A stretch of 64,000 nucleotides of DNA from NCBI GenBank assembly GCA_018433085.1, contig JAHDRW010000012.1, forward strand, positions 20,606-84,605, written 5' to 3'. A program made the position numbers and the translations under genes. The notes below the pieces were generated by a model. That model made no database searches and had not been told where the DNA came from. It was given only the letters and a program-made list of their open reading frames with translations. The DNA comes from Deltaproteobacteria bacterium (lineage in GTDB: Bacteria > Desulfobacterota > Desulfomonilia > UBA1062). This document shows positions 29,139 to 39,488 of the stretch, one piece after another (within the stretch, counting starts at the first letter, position 1; the number at the start of each line of letters is the position of its first letter).

Positions 29139-30044
29139 CTTGCTCTTCCTCCCTTGGCCGCACTTGTATGCCGGCGCATCTTATCGCTTATCGCTAACGA
29201 ACTCACCCGCCTGCAGTCGCGTTCCAGACCGCCTTTCCATGGAATAAAGACGAAAACGCCGTGGAACACCTCGCTCTTCTGAATTTCATCATCAGGGGAC
29301 TCTTGGTAACCGCCAGCCACCTGTCCCCTTTTCAACACGGCAACTCAGGCATCATTCATTTACTTTTTAACAAAATATATTCTGAGAAAATATCTGTCAA
29401 GATGATTCAGATCGATTTGATGACTGATGACAGATTACGCACGATGAGCACACCAGAGGTGGCGGTCACCACCTCGCAAACCTATCCGGGCATGAAACAC
29501 CCTGTATCGTTATCAAACAGGGTTGTTTCATATTGTTACAAGAACTTGGAACAGAATCATCCCGGCTATCCATGTGTCTATTTTATCAAGCTATTTTACC
29601 GCCGGCTTCCTGGTATAGTGCTTGCTTAACTCCGACAGATACAATGGACCCACACTTTTTTTGAAGAGCACATTGAAGGGGAAGCCTTCATTCAGATTTG
29701 TTTTTCGTTCGGATGATAAAAAGAAGATCCCTTGTTTCACAAGGTTTCTGGTCCGGGATGAGAGCGTGTTTTCCCGGTGCGAAGAATTGGTGATCATCGG
29801 CACCAGAGGGAGGAGAGAGGCATGAGGTGACCATGGTTTATGGGGTACCGGGGGAGGTATTCGGGTACTTGTCCCACGCCGTGCGGCGAGAGCCGGACGG
29901 TTGTACGGGGGCGATATCCGGACGTTACGCTATGGGAGAGAGGAGGTGCCCGGTATCCGGCGAATCTCCCATCAACTTCAGATATCTTGGCGGGAAATAT
30001 GAACCCGTCGGGAGGTACAAACAAATTAAAGGGGGAATTTACGT

Positions 30045-31169
30045 ATGCAGAAACTCTGGGCTTGTCTTTTAACAATTGGTTTGGTCTTTGTCCTTTCCGC
30101 TCCGGCACCGGCTGCTGATAAATCAATCGAGGACCGGGTAAAGGCGCTGGAGGACACCATCGGGAACTGGACGATCTATGGCAGCGCGCGCTACCAGACC
30201 TTCTATAACAGCACCAATCTCGATGCCGACACCGACGACAAGGATCTTAAATGGGATTCGGCGGCCAATGCCAGGCTGGGCGGCAAGATGGTCAAGGACA
30301 AGATCACCGGCGTTTACGAGGTCGGCCTGGACGACGATGCCGGCACCTATACCCGTCTGATCTACGGGGCCTATGACTTCGGCGCCGGCACCCTGGTTGT
30401 CGGTCAGGACTATACCCCGCTGGGAAGCATGTTCTACAGCTGCCAGGTAGTGGGCGACGACACCGCCCTGCTCGGCTGGGGTGCGATGTACGGACACAGG
30501 GTCCCGCAGATCAAGGTGAAGTTGAAGAGCGGCCTGGAAGTCGCTCTGGTGGAGAACAAATCATCCTCGATGCTCAATGCCTTCAGCGGTGATGTCGACG
30601 TTCTCCTGCCCAAGCTCGAGGTGCGGTATAACCTCAAGTCCGGTGCATTCTTTGCGGACCTGTTCGGCGGATACAGCACCTTCAAGGTAGAAGATGTGGT
30701 CATGACTGATGGCGGTACCAACTACGGCGACGAGACCGTGAACTCCTGGTCGGTGGGTGCCGGCGGCGGGATCAATCTTGACCCTGCCTTCATCAGGGCA
30801 CAGGTCTACATGGCCCAGAACATCACGGACGCCGGCCTTTGGCATACCGACAGCGACGGCGCCAAGTTCGACGCACAGGGCGGCATCGTCGACGAGGACA
30901 ACTTCGGCGCGCATATCGTGGTGGGAACGAAACTCGCCAGCAAGTACACGGTAGAGGCAGGCTTCGGTTATGTCTCCTCCGAGTATGACGAGAGCGGTGC
31001 CGACGCGGATACCGCCATGTCGTACTACCTCAACGCCACGATCCCGGTCTACGGCTCCTTCATAGTCGTGCCCGAGATCGGCGTGTTCGACTATGCAGAC
31101 GATGAAACCGGCGAAGACGAAGACAAGGATACCACCTACTTCGGCGCCAAATGGCAGATTAACTTCTAG
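30045..31169 (+). CDS. Outer-membrane beta-barrel porin
   Basis: Signal peptide MQKLWACLLTIGLVFVLSAPAPAA. Alternating amphipathic beta-strand pattern, Asp/Gly-rich loops and a C-terminal ...KWQINF aromatic terminus. 374 aa. Confidence 0.65.
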   Translation: MQKLWACLLTIGLVFVLSAPAPAADKSIEDRVKALEDTIGNWTIYGSARYQTFYNSTNLDADTDDKDLKWDSAANARLGGKMVKDKITGVYEVGLDDDAGTYTRLIYGAYDFGAGTLVVGQDYTPLGSMFYSCQVVGDDTALLGWGAMYGHRVPQIKVKLKSGLEVALVENKSSSMLNAFSGDVDVLLPKLEVRYNLKSGAFFADLFGGYSTFKVEDVVMTDGGTNYGDETVNSWSVGAGGGINLDPAFIRAQVYMAQNITDAGLWHTDSDGAKFDAQGGIVDEDNFGAHIVVGTKLASKYTVEAGFGYVSSEYDESGADADTAMSYYLNATIPVYGSFIVVPEIGVFDYADDETGEDEDKDTTYFGAKWQINF

Positions 31170-31195
31170 AAGAAATCCATATATACACTATACCT

Positions 31196-31230
31196 CTGGG
31201 GGCCGGGAGCACTACCCGCCCCCCTTTTTA
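31196..31230 (+). terminator. Probable intrinsic terminator of the porin gene
   Basis: GC-rich imperfect hairpin GGGGGCCGGG-agcactac-CCGCCCCCC followed by TTTTT. Confidence 0.45.
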
Positions 31231-31475
31231 TGCTCCCGCCCTTCGAATAACCGCGTTCACGAGGTACGAAATACGCATCAGTGCAAAGAGGAATTCCCAT
31301 GAAGGAAAGATGGGCCGGAGACATTGCACCAGCCGGGATCGAACTGGAATGATGCCGGGGCACTCATACCGGTGTTGAGCCGGTAACAGGTTCATTGCCG
31401 CCGCAAGCTCGCCACTCCGGTTTTGTCACCGGGCTGACCTTATCACCCAACCCGGGGACACGGGCAGCAGGGGGG

Positions 31476-32354
31476 TCAGGATCGGAAAGACCGGGCACAG
31501 GCTGCCCGATAGAGCTCGCCCGCCCGATAAGAACTGCGTGCAAACGGTGACGCGACCACCGCCTTGAACCCCCTCCTTTGTGCCTCGTCTTCATAGGCGG
31601 AAAAGGCATCGGGGTGGACGTATTCCTTTACGGGATAATGGTTCAAGCCGGGTCTGAGATATTGCCCGATGGTCAAGATATCGCATCCGGCACCGATCAG
31701 ATCGTCCATAACCGAGAAAACCTCTTCTTTTGTTTCACCCAGACCTACCATAAGGCCTGATTTCGTGATCATATCGTTCCTGATGGTTTTGACCCGCGCG
31801 AGAAGATCGAGAGAGCGGCGGTAGCCTGCCTGGGGCCTCACGTGCCGGTAGAGCCGGGGTATTGTCTCGACATTATGGTTCAGCACGTCGGGCCGGGCGG
31901 AGAGGACCGTGGCCAGTGATGAACCTGACCCCTGGAAGTCGGGAATCAGCACCTCGACGCCGACACCCGGGCAATCACGCCTCAGGCTCTCGATCACCCG
32001 GGCATAATGATCTGCACCCCCGTCAGAGAGATCATCGCGGGTGACAGAGGTGACTACCACATGATCCAGCCCCAGCTCCAGCACTTCGGCAGCGAGCCTC
32101 TCGGGTTCTTCGGGATCAAGAGGCCCGGGCTCTCCGGATTCCACAGCGCAAAACCTGCAATTACGCGTACACACCCGGCCCATGATCAGAAAGGAGGCCT
32201 CTCTTTTCGCAAAGCATTCGCCTTGATTCGGGCAGCACCCTTCCTGACAGATCGTATGGAGCTTTCTCGCAAGCAGGCTCGATTCCATCTGTGCGTGAGC
32301 GCTCCCGAGAGGGAGGCGCTTCTTCAACCACTGTGGCTTCTCTATCATATCCAT
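31476..32354 (-). CDS. lipA: Lipoyl synthase
   Basis: CEGCCPNQGEC (auxiliary cluster) and CTRNCRFCAV (radical SAM CxxxCxxC), followed by the LipA core. The start is at one of the two adjacent ATGs, 32354 or 32348. Confidence 0.85.
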   Translation of the reverse strand: MDMIEKPQWLKKRLPLGSAHAQMESSLLARKLHTICQEGCCPNQGECFAKREASFLIMGRVCTRNCRFCAVESGEPGPLDPEEPERLAAEVLELGLDHVVVTSVTRDDLSDGGADHYARVIESLRRDCPGVGVEVLIPDFQGSGSSLATVLSARPDVLNHNVETIPRLYRHVRPQAGYRRSLDLLARVKTIRNDMITKSGLMVGLGETKEEVFSVMDDLIGAGCDILTIGQYLRPGLNHYPVKEYVHPDAFSAYEDEAQRRGFKAVVASPFARSSYRAGELYRAACARSFRS

Positions 32355-33097
32355 GTCTTGTCCGACACCTTCCCGGCAGACTGCGGATTGGCTGAAGCTG
32401 CCACCTGGACTCCGGCTATAAGGTATTGTTCCTCGTAGGAGTTCTTGTCCATAAGATCCGGAATCTCCTCGTTGAAGGCCCGGGCAAAATGGGTAAGAAA
32501 CGATGCTTTGACGGATTCCATGGATATGGGGAACCCTGACGGACATACCTTTTCCAGAAAGGTTACCCCCTTGTCTCGGATGCCGCAGGGGACGAACATG
32601 CGATACAGTCTCAAGTCCTCGCGGACATTCAGTGATATCCCGTGCAGGGTCACACGGTCCCTTATTTCGATTCCTATGGAGGCGATCTTGTCCGTGCCCA
32701 CAAAGACGCCGCGGTGCTCGGGGATTCTCCCGCCCTGAACTTCGAAATCAGCGAGGGTCTGGATGATCACCCCTTCAAGGATGGTAACGAATCGCGGCAC
32801 ATCACCCTGAAACTTTTCCATTCCGATCACCGGATACGCCACGAGCTGCCCGGGATAGTGACAGGTGATCTTCCCCCCCCTGCTCAGTCGATAGAGCGGC
32901 ACTCCCCTGTCAGCCAGTTCGGACTCGGTCACCAGCAAATCATCATGCCCGCCCCTCCTGCCCATGGTGAGAACCGGCTCATGCTCCAGGACAAAGAGTA
33001 TATCCTCATCCCATGACCCGGCCCTGAGGTCGTGGGCAAGGGTCTGAATATCCAGGGCGGTTCCATAATCGATTACCCCCAGATCTACGGCTTTCAT
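32345..33097 (-). CDS. lipB: Octanoyltransferase LipB
   Basis: VLEHEPVLTMGRRG, RGGKITCHYPGQLVAYP, KIASIGI (the PxxK/C catalytic region). ggaagg RBS. The 3' end overlaps the lipA start. Confidence 0.8.
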   Translation of the reverse strand: MKAVDLGVIDYGTALDIQTLAHDLRAGSWDEDILFVLEHEPVLTMGRRGGHDDLLVTESELADRGVPLYRLSRGGKITCHYPGQLVAYPVIGMEKFQGDVPRFVTILEGVIIQTLADFEVQGGRIPEHRGVFVGTDKIASIGIEIRDRVTLHGISLNVREDLRLYRMFVPCGIRDKGVTFLEKVCPSGFPISMESVKASFLTHFARAFNEEIPDLMDKNSYEEQYLIAGVQVAASANPQSAGKVSDKTWI

Positions 33098-33443
33098 GAG
33101 ACATTTACCTTCCAATGGAAGAGAAAAAGGTTTGTTCTTTCAAGGAAGACTACTCCTTTCGCTACACCAGCTGTCGGCACCGGCACCTGTGCGCCCCGGC
33201 TCGGCACGGCCCGGGGAACGTCCGGAGACGCAAAGGGAGACCGACTCGACATCGGTCTCCCCAGAGCAAGGGGACATATTCTTATTATTGGATGATCGTA
33301 TCCTCTGTTTCCTGATCGTACAACATCCATCGGGTTTCCGCCCTGCTGTATTCCCGTCACGTGCCCGCGATTCATCTCATCGATCCCCGGCGAAATCCTC
33401 GCCTCGTGCCGTTTTAAGGCTGCTCTCCTGCCCGAAAGGGGGC

Positions 33444-35171
33444 TCACGGCATATGGATGCAGCCTCCGGCCAGGGTCTGGCCCGCCTCCATGATCGCCTC
33501 GGACAGGGTGGGATGCGGGTGGACGGCATGAGCCAGTTCCTCGGTCGTCATCTCCAGCATCATCCCCAGCACGGCCTCGGATATCATGTCCGTTGCATGA
33601 GGCCCGATGATGTGCACGCCCAGGATCTCCCCGTATTTCTTCTCGGCGATGATCTTGACCATGCCCTCGGTTTCGCCCAGCACCATGGCCTTGCCGTTAC
33701 CCTTGAAGGGAAACTGTCCCACCTGCACATCGGCTATCTTCTCTGCCTGCTCTTCGGAGAGCCCTACCGATGCGATCTCCGGGCTGGTGTAGATGCAGGC
33801 CGGAACAACGCGATAGCTCATGCTGCAGGCATCGCCCATGATGTTTCTGGCCGCGCATTCGGCCTCGGCCGTCGCCAGGTGCGCCAGCATGATGCCCCCG
33901 ACAATGTCGCCTGCCGCATATACCCCAGGCACACTGGTCTCCATGTGCTCGTTCACCGCTACGGCCCCCTTCTCGCAGGCAATCCCCAGGACATCGAGAT
34001 TCAGCGCGTCGAGCGCGGGCTTTCTCCCCACCGTGGCCAGCACCTTCTCGGCCTTTGCGCTCCGCTCCACGCCGTCCACCGCGTAGGTGACGATGTTGTT
34101 CCCCTTCTTCTTGTGCCCGATCCTCTTCACCTGAGCATTGGTGAGGATCTTGACTCCGGAAGCCTCGAGGGATTTATGGAGAATCGAGCTCATGGTCTTG
34201 TCCATCTCCGGGATGATCGTGGGCATCAGCTCCAGTATGGTGACATCCGTTCCCATGGTCGAGAGTATCTGTGCAAACTCGCAGCTGATGACCCCGCCCC
34301 CGATGATCACCACCGACTTGGGGATCGCCTCAAGGGAGAGCGCCCCGTTGCTGTCCAGGACATCAGGGCCGTCGATCCCCTCGATGGGGAGCACGACCGG
34401 CTTCGATCCTATGGCGATGAGCACGGCATCCGACGCGATCCGCTCACCGGTCTCCTCGACCCGGACCGTCCGGGGATCCACCAGCTGCGCCGTGCCCTGG
34501 ATCACCTTTACCTTCTTCGCTCCCAGAAGGCCCTTCACCCCGTTCCTGAGCTGTTCGCTCACCGCGGCCTTCCTCGCCATGATCGCCGCAAGGTCGATGC
34601 TGAAGCCATCGCACTTCACACCGAAGGCGGCCGAGGTCTTCATGGTGTCGACCACCCGGGCGGACTGGAGCAGGGTCTTGGTCGGTATGCAGCCGCGGTT
34701 CAGGCAGACGCCCCCGAGGTGCTCCTTCTCGATGAGCGTTACCTCGGCGCCCAGCCGTGCCGCCCTGATGGCGGCAGGATAGCCTCCCGTGCCGCCGCCG
34801 ATGATGGTGAGCCTGACCTTGCCCGCCGGCTTCCTGGTCGTGCCGGCGGCCGGGGCCTTCGCCGCAACCGCTGCCGGGGCCTGAGCCTTCGCTTCCCCGC
34901 CGCGCGCCCCGGGGATATCCGCGGCGCTCTCACCGGATCTGAGGATATACGCGACCACCGCCCCCACCGGGACCGCCTGCTGCTCCTGCACCAGGACCTT
35001 GCCCAGTGTCCCGTCCTCGGGGGCCTCCACATCGTAGGTGACCTTCTCGGTCTCCAGAACGAAGAGCACCTCGCCCCTGGTGACCGCGTCTCCTTCCTTC
35101 TTTTTCCATTCGACTATGAGCCCTTCGGTCATGGTCAGACCGAGCTTGGGCATTACGACTTCAGCTGGCAT
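33444..35171 (-). CDS. lpdA: Dihydrolipoyl dehydrogenase (E3) with N-terminal lipoyl domain (AcoL-like)
   Basis: N-terminal lipoyl domain VVMPKLGLTMTEG...ETEKVTYDVEAPEDG. IIGGGTGGYPAAIRAARLG (FAD-binding) and GGVCLNRGCIPTK (redox-active disulfide). Confidence 0.85.
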   Translation of the reverse strand: MPAEVVMPKLGLTMTEGLIVEWKKKEGDAVTRGEVLFVLETEKVTYDVEAPEDGTLGKVLVQEQQAVPVGAVVAYILRSGESAADIPGARGGEAKAQAPAAVAAKAPAAGTTRKPAGKVRLTIIGGGTGGYPAAIRAARLGAEVTLIEKEHLGGVCLNRGCIPTKTLLQSARVVDTMKTSAAFGVKCDGFSIDLAAIMARKAAVSEQLRNGVKGLLGAKKVKVIQGTAQLVDPRTVRVEETGERIASDAVLIAIGSKPVVLPIEGIDGPDVLDSNGALSLEAIPKSVVIIGGGVISCEFAQILSTMGTDVTILELMPTIIPEMDKTMSSILHKSLEASGVKILTNAQVKRIGHKKKGNNIVTYAVDGVERSAKAEKVLATVGRKPALDALNLDVLGIACEKGAVAVNEHMETSVPGVYAAGDIVGGIMLAHLATAEAECAARNIMGDACSMSYRVVPACIYTSPEIASVGLSEEQAEKIADVQVGQFPFKGNGKAMVLGETEGMVKIIAEKKYGEILGVHIIGPHATDMISEAVLGMMLEMTTEELAHAVHPHPTLSEAIMEAGQTLAGGCIHMP

Positions 35172-35235
35172 CTTCTCGTCCCCTTTGGTTTCTTTCCGTC
35201 CCGTGGCTCTCTCTTCCCGCCGGCCCCGGCACCCG

Positions 35236-36501
35236 TCAGAGCGCGAACAGCGGATTTTCGATGTACGACTTGAGCGTCATCATGAATTTCCCGGCCTCTG
35301 CGCCGTCAATGGTCCGGTGATCGTAGGTCAGGCTCACGTTCATCATCGGTCTGATCACGATCTCACCGCCTACCACCATGGGCTTGTCGATGATCGCCGC
35401 AGCGGCGAGAATGGCGTTCTCCGGCTGGTTGATCACTGCCGTGAAATGTTCGATCCCGAACATTCCCAGGGCCGAGAAGGTGAAGGTACCGCCCCTGATG
35501 TCATCCGGCAGGAAGGTTCCCTCCTTGCCCTTCTTGATCAGGGCCACGCGTTCTTTGGCGACCTGGGCAATGCTCTTGGAGTTGATGTTTCTGATGACCG
35601 GAACGATCAGGCCGTTATCCAGCGCCATGGCCATGCCCATGTGAACCTCAGGCAGAAACAGCACGCCATCGTCCGTCCACCGGGTGTTGATCACCGGGTG
35701 CTCGCGGATGGCCGCGGCCGTGATCTTCATGAGGATGTCCGTGATGGTCACCCTCACCCCGTCCTTTTTCTCGACGTATGGCAGCATCTTTTTCCGATAT
35801 TCCTGGATTCCACTCGCGTCACAGGTGTTGTCCATATAGGCCTGCGCCGCCTGGACCTTGCTGGCGAGCATGTTCGCGGCTATCGCCCTTCTCATGCCCG
35901 TGAACTTCTCCAGCCGCGCACCCTCCGGAAGTCCTGCCGGAGCGGCAGCCGCGGGAGCCCCCGAAGACGCAGGCAAAGAAGCCTGAGCAGGAGCTGCGGC
36001 GGGCTTGTCTGCCAGTGATGCCTGTGCCTTTTCTACGTCTTCTTTGACAATTCTGCCACCGGGTCCGGTGCCCTTCACTGCGGAGATGTCGACGTTGTTT
36101 TCCCGGGCATACTTCTTTGCCAGGGGGGTCGCCCTCACCCGCTGTCCAGAACTGTCGTTCTGAGGAGATATGGATGGTGTCTTCGGGGTATCAGCAGCTT
36201 TCGTAGATATCTGGGATGCGGAATCTTGCACCGCAGCTCCTGCTATGTCAGCCGCGCTCTCCCCTGCCTTGAGGAGATACGCGACAACGGCTCCGACAGG
36301 AACGCTCTCCTGTTCCTGTACCAGAATTTTCCCCAGCACGCCGTCTTCCGGGGATTCCACGTCATACGTGACCTTTTCCGTTTCCAGAACGAAGAGGACC
36401 TCTCCCTTTTTGATCTCTTCGCCTTCTTTTTTCTTCCATTCGACTATGAGCCCTTCGGTCATGGTCAGACCGAGCTTCGGCATTACCACGTCAACCGGCA
36501 T
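35236..36501 (-). CDS. Dihydrolipoamide acyltransferase (E2) of a 2-oxo-acid/acetoin dehydrogenase complex (AcoC-like)
   Basis: Lipoyl domain (ETEKVTYDVESPEDG), an Ala/Pro linker, a peripheral-subunit-binding domain and the catalytic DHRTIDGAEAGKF motif. Confidence 0.85.
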   Translation of the reverse strand: MPVDVVMPKLGLTMTEGLIVEWKKKEGEEIKKGEVLFVLETEKVTYDVESPEDGVLGKILVQEQESVPVGAVVAYLLKAGESAADIAGAAVQDSASQISTKAADTPKTPSISPQNDSSGQRVRATPLAKKYARENNVDISAVKGTGPGGRIVKEDVEKAQASLADKPAAAPAQASLPASSGAPAAAAPAGLPEGARLEKFTGMRRAIAANMLASKVQAAQAYMDNTCDASGIQEYRKKMLPYVEKKDGVRVTITDILMKITAAAIREHPVINTRWTDDGVLFLPEVHMGMAMALDNGLIVPVIRNINSKSIAQVAKERVALIKKGKEGTFLPDDIRGGTFTFSALGMFGIEHFTAVINQPENAILAAAAIIDKPMVVGGEIVIRPMMNVSLTYDHRTIDGAEAGKFMMTLKSYIENPLFAL

Positions 36502-36528
36502 CTTCTTGTCCTCTCTATCTTGCGAATG

Positions 36529-37311
36529 TTATTTCCCCTTGAAGTTCGCCTTCCGTTTCTCGACAAAGGCAGTGGTGCCCTCTTTCATGTCTTCCGTGCT
36601 GAAACAGGTTATGCAGTTTTTCTGGGCATACTGGAGGCCGTGCTCCATGGGCAGGTCCATCCCGATCTCCACGGCGTCCTTGCAGAGCTCCACGGCGATG
36701 GGAGCATTCGCCATGATCCTGCCGGCAATTTCCTCGGCCGCAGCCACGGCCTGCCCTCTGGGAACCACCCGGCTCACCAGACCGATCCGGTAAGCCTCTT
36801 CGGCGTCGATGGGATCGCCGGTAAGCAGCATCTCGTGTGCCCGTGCCTTGCCGACAATCAGGGAGAGCCGCTGGGTCCCGCCGGCCCCGGGGATGATGCC
36901 CAGCTTCACCTCGGGCAATCCGAGCTTGGCGCCTTCGACGGCGACACGGATCTGGCAGGAGAGGGCAAGCTCCAGGCCACCGCCCATTGCCACCCCGTTG
37001 ATGGCGGCGATGACCGGCTGACGGAGTTTTTCTATTGCCGCGGTGATCCTGACGAGCCCGTTATTCCACCGCAGGATGTCCATGGGCTTGAGCGTGCTCA
37101 GCTCCCTGATGTCTGCGCCCGCCTGAAATCCTTTGCCGGCACCCGTGATGATGAGCACCCTGATCTCCTCGTCCGTGTTCACCCTCGCCAGGGCGTCCGT
37201 CACCTCTTCGATCAGCTTCCCGCTGATTGCGTTGAGCACCTCCGGGCGATTGAGCACCAGGTAGCCGATGTTGTTTTTCTTCTCGAGAATGATGGTTTCG
37301 TAACGATGCAT
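36529..37311 (-). CDS. Enoyl-CoA hydratase/isomerase (crotonase family)
   Basis: [23 protein letters not shown] and [16 protein letters not shown] oxyanion-hole motifs. ggagga RBS before the second ATG. Confidence 0.85.
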   Translation of the reverse strand: MHRYETIILEKKNNIGYLVLNRPEVLNAISGKLIEEVTDALARVNTDEEIRVLIITGAGKGFQAGADIRELSTLKPMDILRWNNGLVRITAAIEKLRQPVIAAINGVAMGGGLELALSCQIRVAVEGAKLGLPEVKLGIIPGAGGTQRLSLIVGKARAHEMLLTGDPIDAEEAYRIGLVSRVVPRGQAVAAAEEIAGRIMANAPIAVELCKDAVEIGMDLPMEHGLQYAQKNCITCFSTEDMKEGTTAFVEKRKANFKGK

Positions 37312-37418
37312 GGCCTTTTCCTCCATTGTAGAATGCCCTCTTCACCGGCATGTCTGCCTGTCGCACATCATGGCAGCCTGGCCGGCCGCCGGGCGCGAGC
37401 CCTCGATGATTGTCCTCA

Positions 37419-38471
37419 TCAGGGATGCACCAGTATCTTCACATGCCTGTCAGGATGCTCCTTCAGCTCCTTGATTCCGCCCTCGACCAGATCGTCCAGG
37501 GGAATGTGCCCGGTTATCAGATCGTCAACCCGGACCCGGCCGTCCTCCAGATAGGCGATGGCCGTGGAGAACTCATCCTGGTACCCGCTGGAGAATCTGA
37601 TCTGCTTTTCATGGCCCCACAGGCGGATAAAGGGCACCTCTATGGGCTTGAGGGCCAGACCCACCACACAGATCGTGGCCCGGCGGCCCGTCACCTTCAC
37701 CGCGGTGTCGAACGACGCCTGGTTCCCCACACAATCGAATGCGACGTCGGCTCGCAGCCCACCGGTGAGGCCGGCTATCCCCTTTCCCGCATCCACCGCC
37801 GTGGGATCGAACACCGCATGGGCGCCCGTCCGGGACGCGGTCTCAAGCCTGGCCTTCATGGGTTCGACCACGTATACATGCACGGCTCCAGCCGCCTTGC
37901 ACGCCTGCAGAACAAAGAGCCCGATAGGGCCTGCCCCGATGATCGCCACGCTGTCACCGGTCTTCATCCCGCTCCGGTTCACCGCATGGATGGCAACCGC
38001 CAGCGGTTCGATCGTCGCCCCCATGTCGTCCGTTACCGAATCCGGAAGTTTCAGAGCGCCGTATTCCGGGAACACCCCATACTCGGCAAAGGCCCCATCC
38101 CAGGCAAACCCCACAGTGCCGAGCTTCGTGCACATGATGTTTTCACCTTTTCTGCAGTAATGGCACTCTCCGCAGTAGATGAGCGGGTTTAGGGTTACCC
38201 GGTCGCCGGCAGCAAAGCGCTTCACTCCTTCTCCCACCTTTACCACCTCACCGGAGAACTCATGGCCGAGTATGACGGGGCCTCCCGATTTGCCGGTTAA
38301 GGGATGCGGCCGTGCCGGAATGATAAAGGGCCCGCTGTAATACTCGTGCAGGTCCGAACCGCAGATCCCGCATGCCCTGATCCTGACCCCGATCTGCCCG
38401 GGTGCGACCTCGGGCTCCTGCACGTCTTCTATCCGGATATCCTCTTTCCCGTACCAAACCGCCGCCTTCAT
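37419..38471 (-). CDS. Zn-dependent (R,R)-2,3-butanediol dehydrogenase / acetoin reductase (MDR family)
   Basis: MKAAVWYGKEDIRIEDV...CGICGSDLHEY...GHEFSGEVV...GAGPIGL closely parallels BdhA-type butanediol dehydrogenases. Confidence 0.8.
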   Translation of the reverse strand: MKAAVWYGKEDIRIEDVQEPEVAPGQIGVRIRACGICGSDLHEYYSGPFIIPARPHPLTGKSGGPVILGHEFSGEVVKVGEGVKRFAAGDRVTLNPLIYCGECHYCRKGENIMCTKLGTVGFAWDGAFAEYGVFPEYGALKLPDSVTDDMGATIEPLAVAIHAVNRSGMKTGDSVAIIGAGPIGLFVLQACKAAGAVHVYVVEPMKARLETASRTGAHAVFDPTAVDAGKGIAGLTGGLRADVAFDCVGNQASFDTAVKVTGRRATICVVGLALKPIEVPFIRLWGHEKQIRFSSGYQDEFSTAIAYLEDGRVRVDDLITGHIPLDDLVEGGIKELKEHPDRHVKILVHP

Positions 38472-38489
38472 CAGAGGCTTCTCCTTTCT

Positions 38490-39473
38490 CTACAGTGTCC
38501 TCTCCATGGTGCTCTTCACCGCGGCAACCACATCGTCCGCACTGGGGACATAGTATTTTTCCAGGCTGTAGGATGCCGGCGCAAACGGGGCGCCTACCCG
38601 CACGATCGGGGCGTCGAGCTCGTCCAGGATCTCCTCGGCCGCCGCCGCCGCTATCTCCGCCCCGAACCCGAACTGCTTGACCGCCTCATGGGCGATCACC
38701 AGCCGGTGGGTCCTGGCCACGGATTCGAACACGGTCTGGCGGTCCCAGGGTTGAATCGTCATGAGGTCCACCACCTCCGCGCCGATCCCCTCCTGTTCGA
38801 GGATCTTGGCCGCCTTCAATGACTCGTGCACCATCCGCGACGCAGTCACGATCGTGACATCGCCGCCCCGGAGCTTCACATCCGCCTTCCCCAGCGGCAG
38901 CACCACGTCCTCGTCCGCCTCGGCGGCCATGCCCTTCATGGCGTGAAGAGTCTTGTTCTCGATAAAGATCACCGGGTTGTCATCCCGGATGGATGCCTTA
39001 AGAAGGCCTTTGACGTCGTGCGGGGTCGCCGCCATGACCACCTTGAGCCCCGGCACATGGGCGAACCAGGCCTCCAGGCACTGGGAATGCTGCGGACCGG
39101 CGTTGAGGCCTCCGCCCTCGGGCATCCTCACCACGACCGGCACCGTGTACTGATTGCCGAACATATAGCGCATCTTGGCGATCTGGTTCACGATGCTGTC
39201 CATGGCGCAGGTCACGAAGTCCATGAACATGATCTCTACGATGGGCCTCAGCCCGCAGCTCGCCGCTCCCGCGGCCAGCGACGTGAAGCCGAGCTCGCTG
39301 ATGGGCGTGTCGACCACCCGCTCCGGACCGAACTTCTCATAGAGCCCCTTGCTGGCGCCGAAGGAGCCTCCGGCCAACCCGACGTCCTCCCCGATGAGGA
39401 ACACGTTCTCGTCGCGCTCCATCTCTTCTTCCATGGCCTCTTTTATCGCAAATATGTATCGCGTCTCTTTCAT
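38490..39473 (-). CDS. Acetoin dehydrogenase / 2-oxo-acid dehydrogenase E1 beta subunit (AcoB-like)
   Basis: Transketolase-like C-terminal fold. FLIGEDVG...GG.F and PISE..F motifs. 327 aa. Confidence 0.85.
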   Translation of the reverse strand: MKETRYIFAIKEAMEEEMERDENVFLIGEDVGLAGGSFGASKGLYEKFGPERVVDTPISELGFTSLAAGAASCGLRPIVEIMFMDFVTCAMDSIVNQIAKMRYMFGNQYTVPVVVRMPEGGGLNAGPQHSQCLEAWFAHVPGLKVVMAATPHDVKGLLKASIRDDNPVIFIENKTLHAMKGMAAEADEDVVLPLGKADVKLRGGDVTIVTASRMVHESLKAAKILEQEGIGAEVVDLMTIQPWDRQTVFESVARTHRLVIAHEAVKQFGFGAEIAAAAAEEILDELDAPIVRVGAPFAPASYSLEKYYVPSADDVVAAVKSTMERTL

Positions 39474-39488
39474 CCGTCGATCCTCTTT

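Noticed and set aside
31300-31400. Possible tRNA-like fragment (cCAGTTCGATCCcgg on the minus strand) between the porin and lipA
   Set aside because: Only a partial T-loop-like string is present. I could not fold an acceptor stem, D-arm or anticodon arm, so it is most likely a chance resemblance.
33096-35273. 725-aa plus-strand ORF antisense to lpdA
   Set aside because: Same high-GC artefact. There are no motifs, and the opposite strand encodes a canonical lipoyl-E3.
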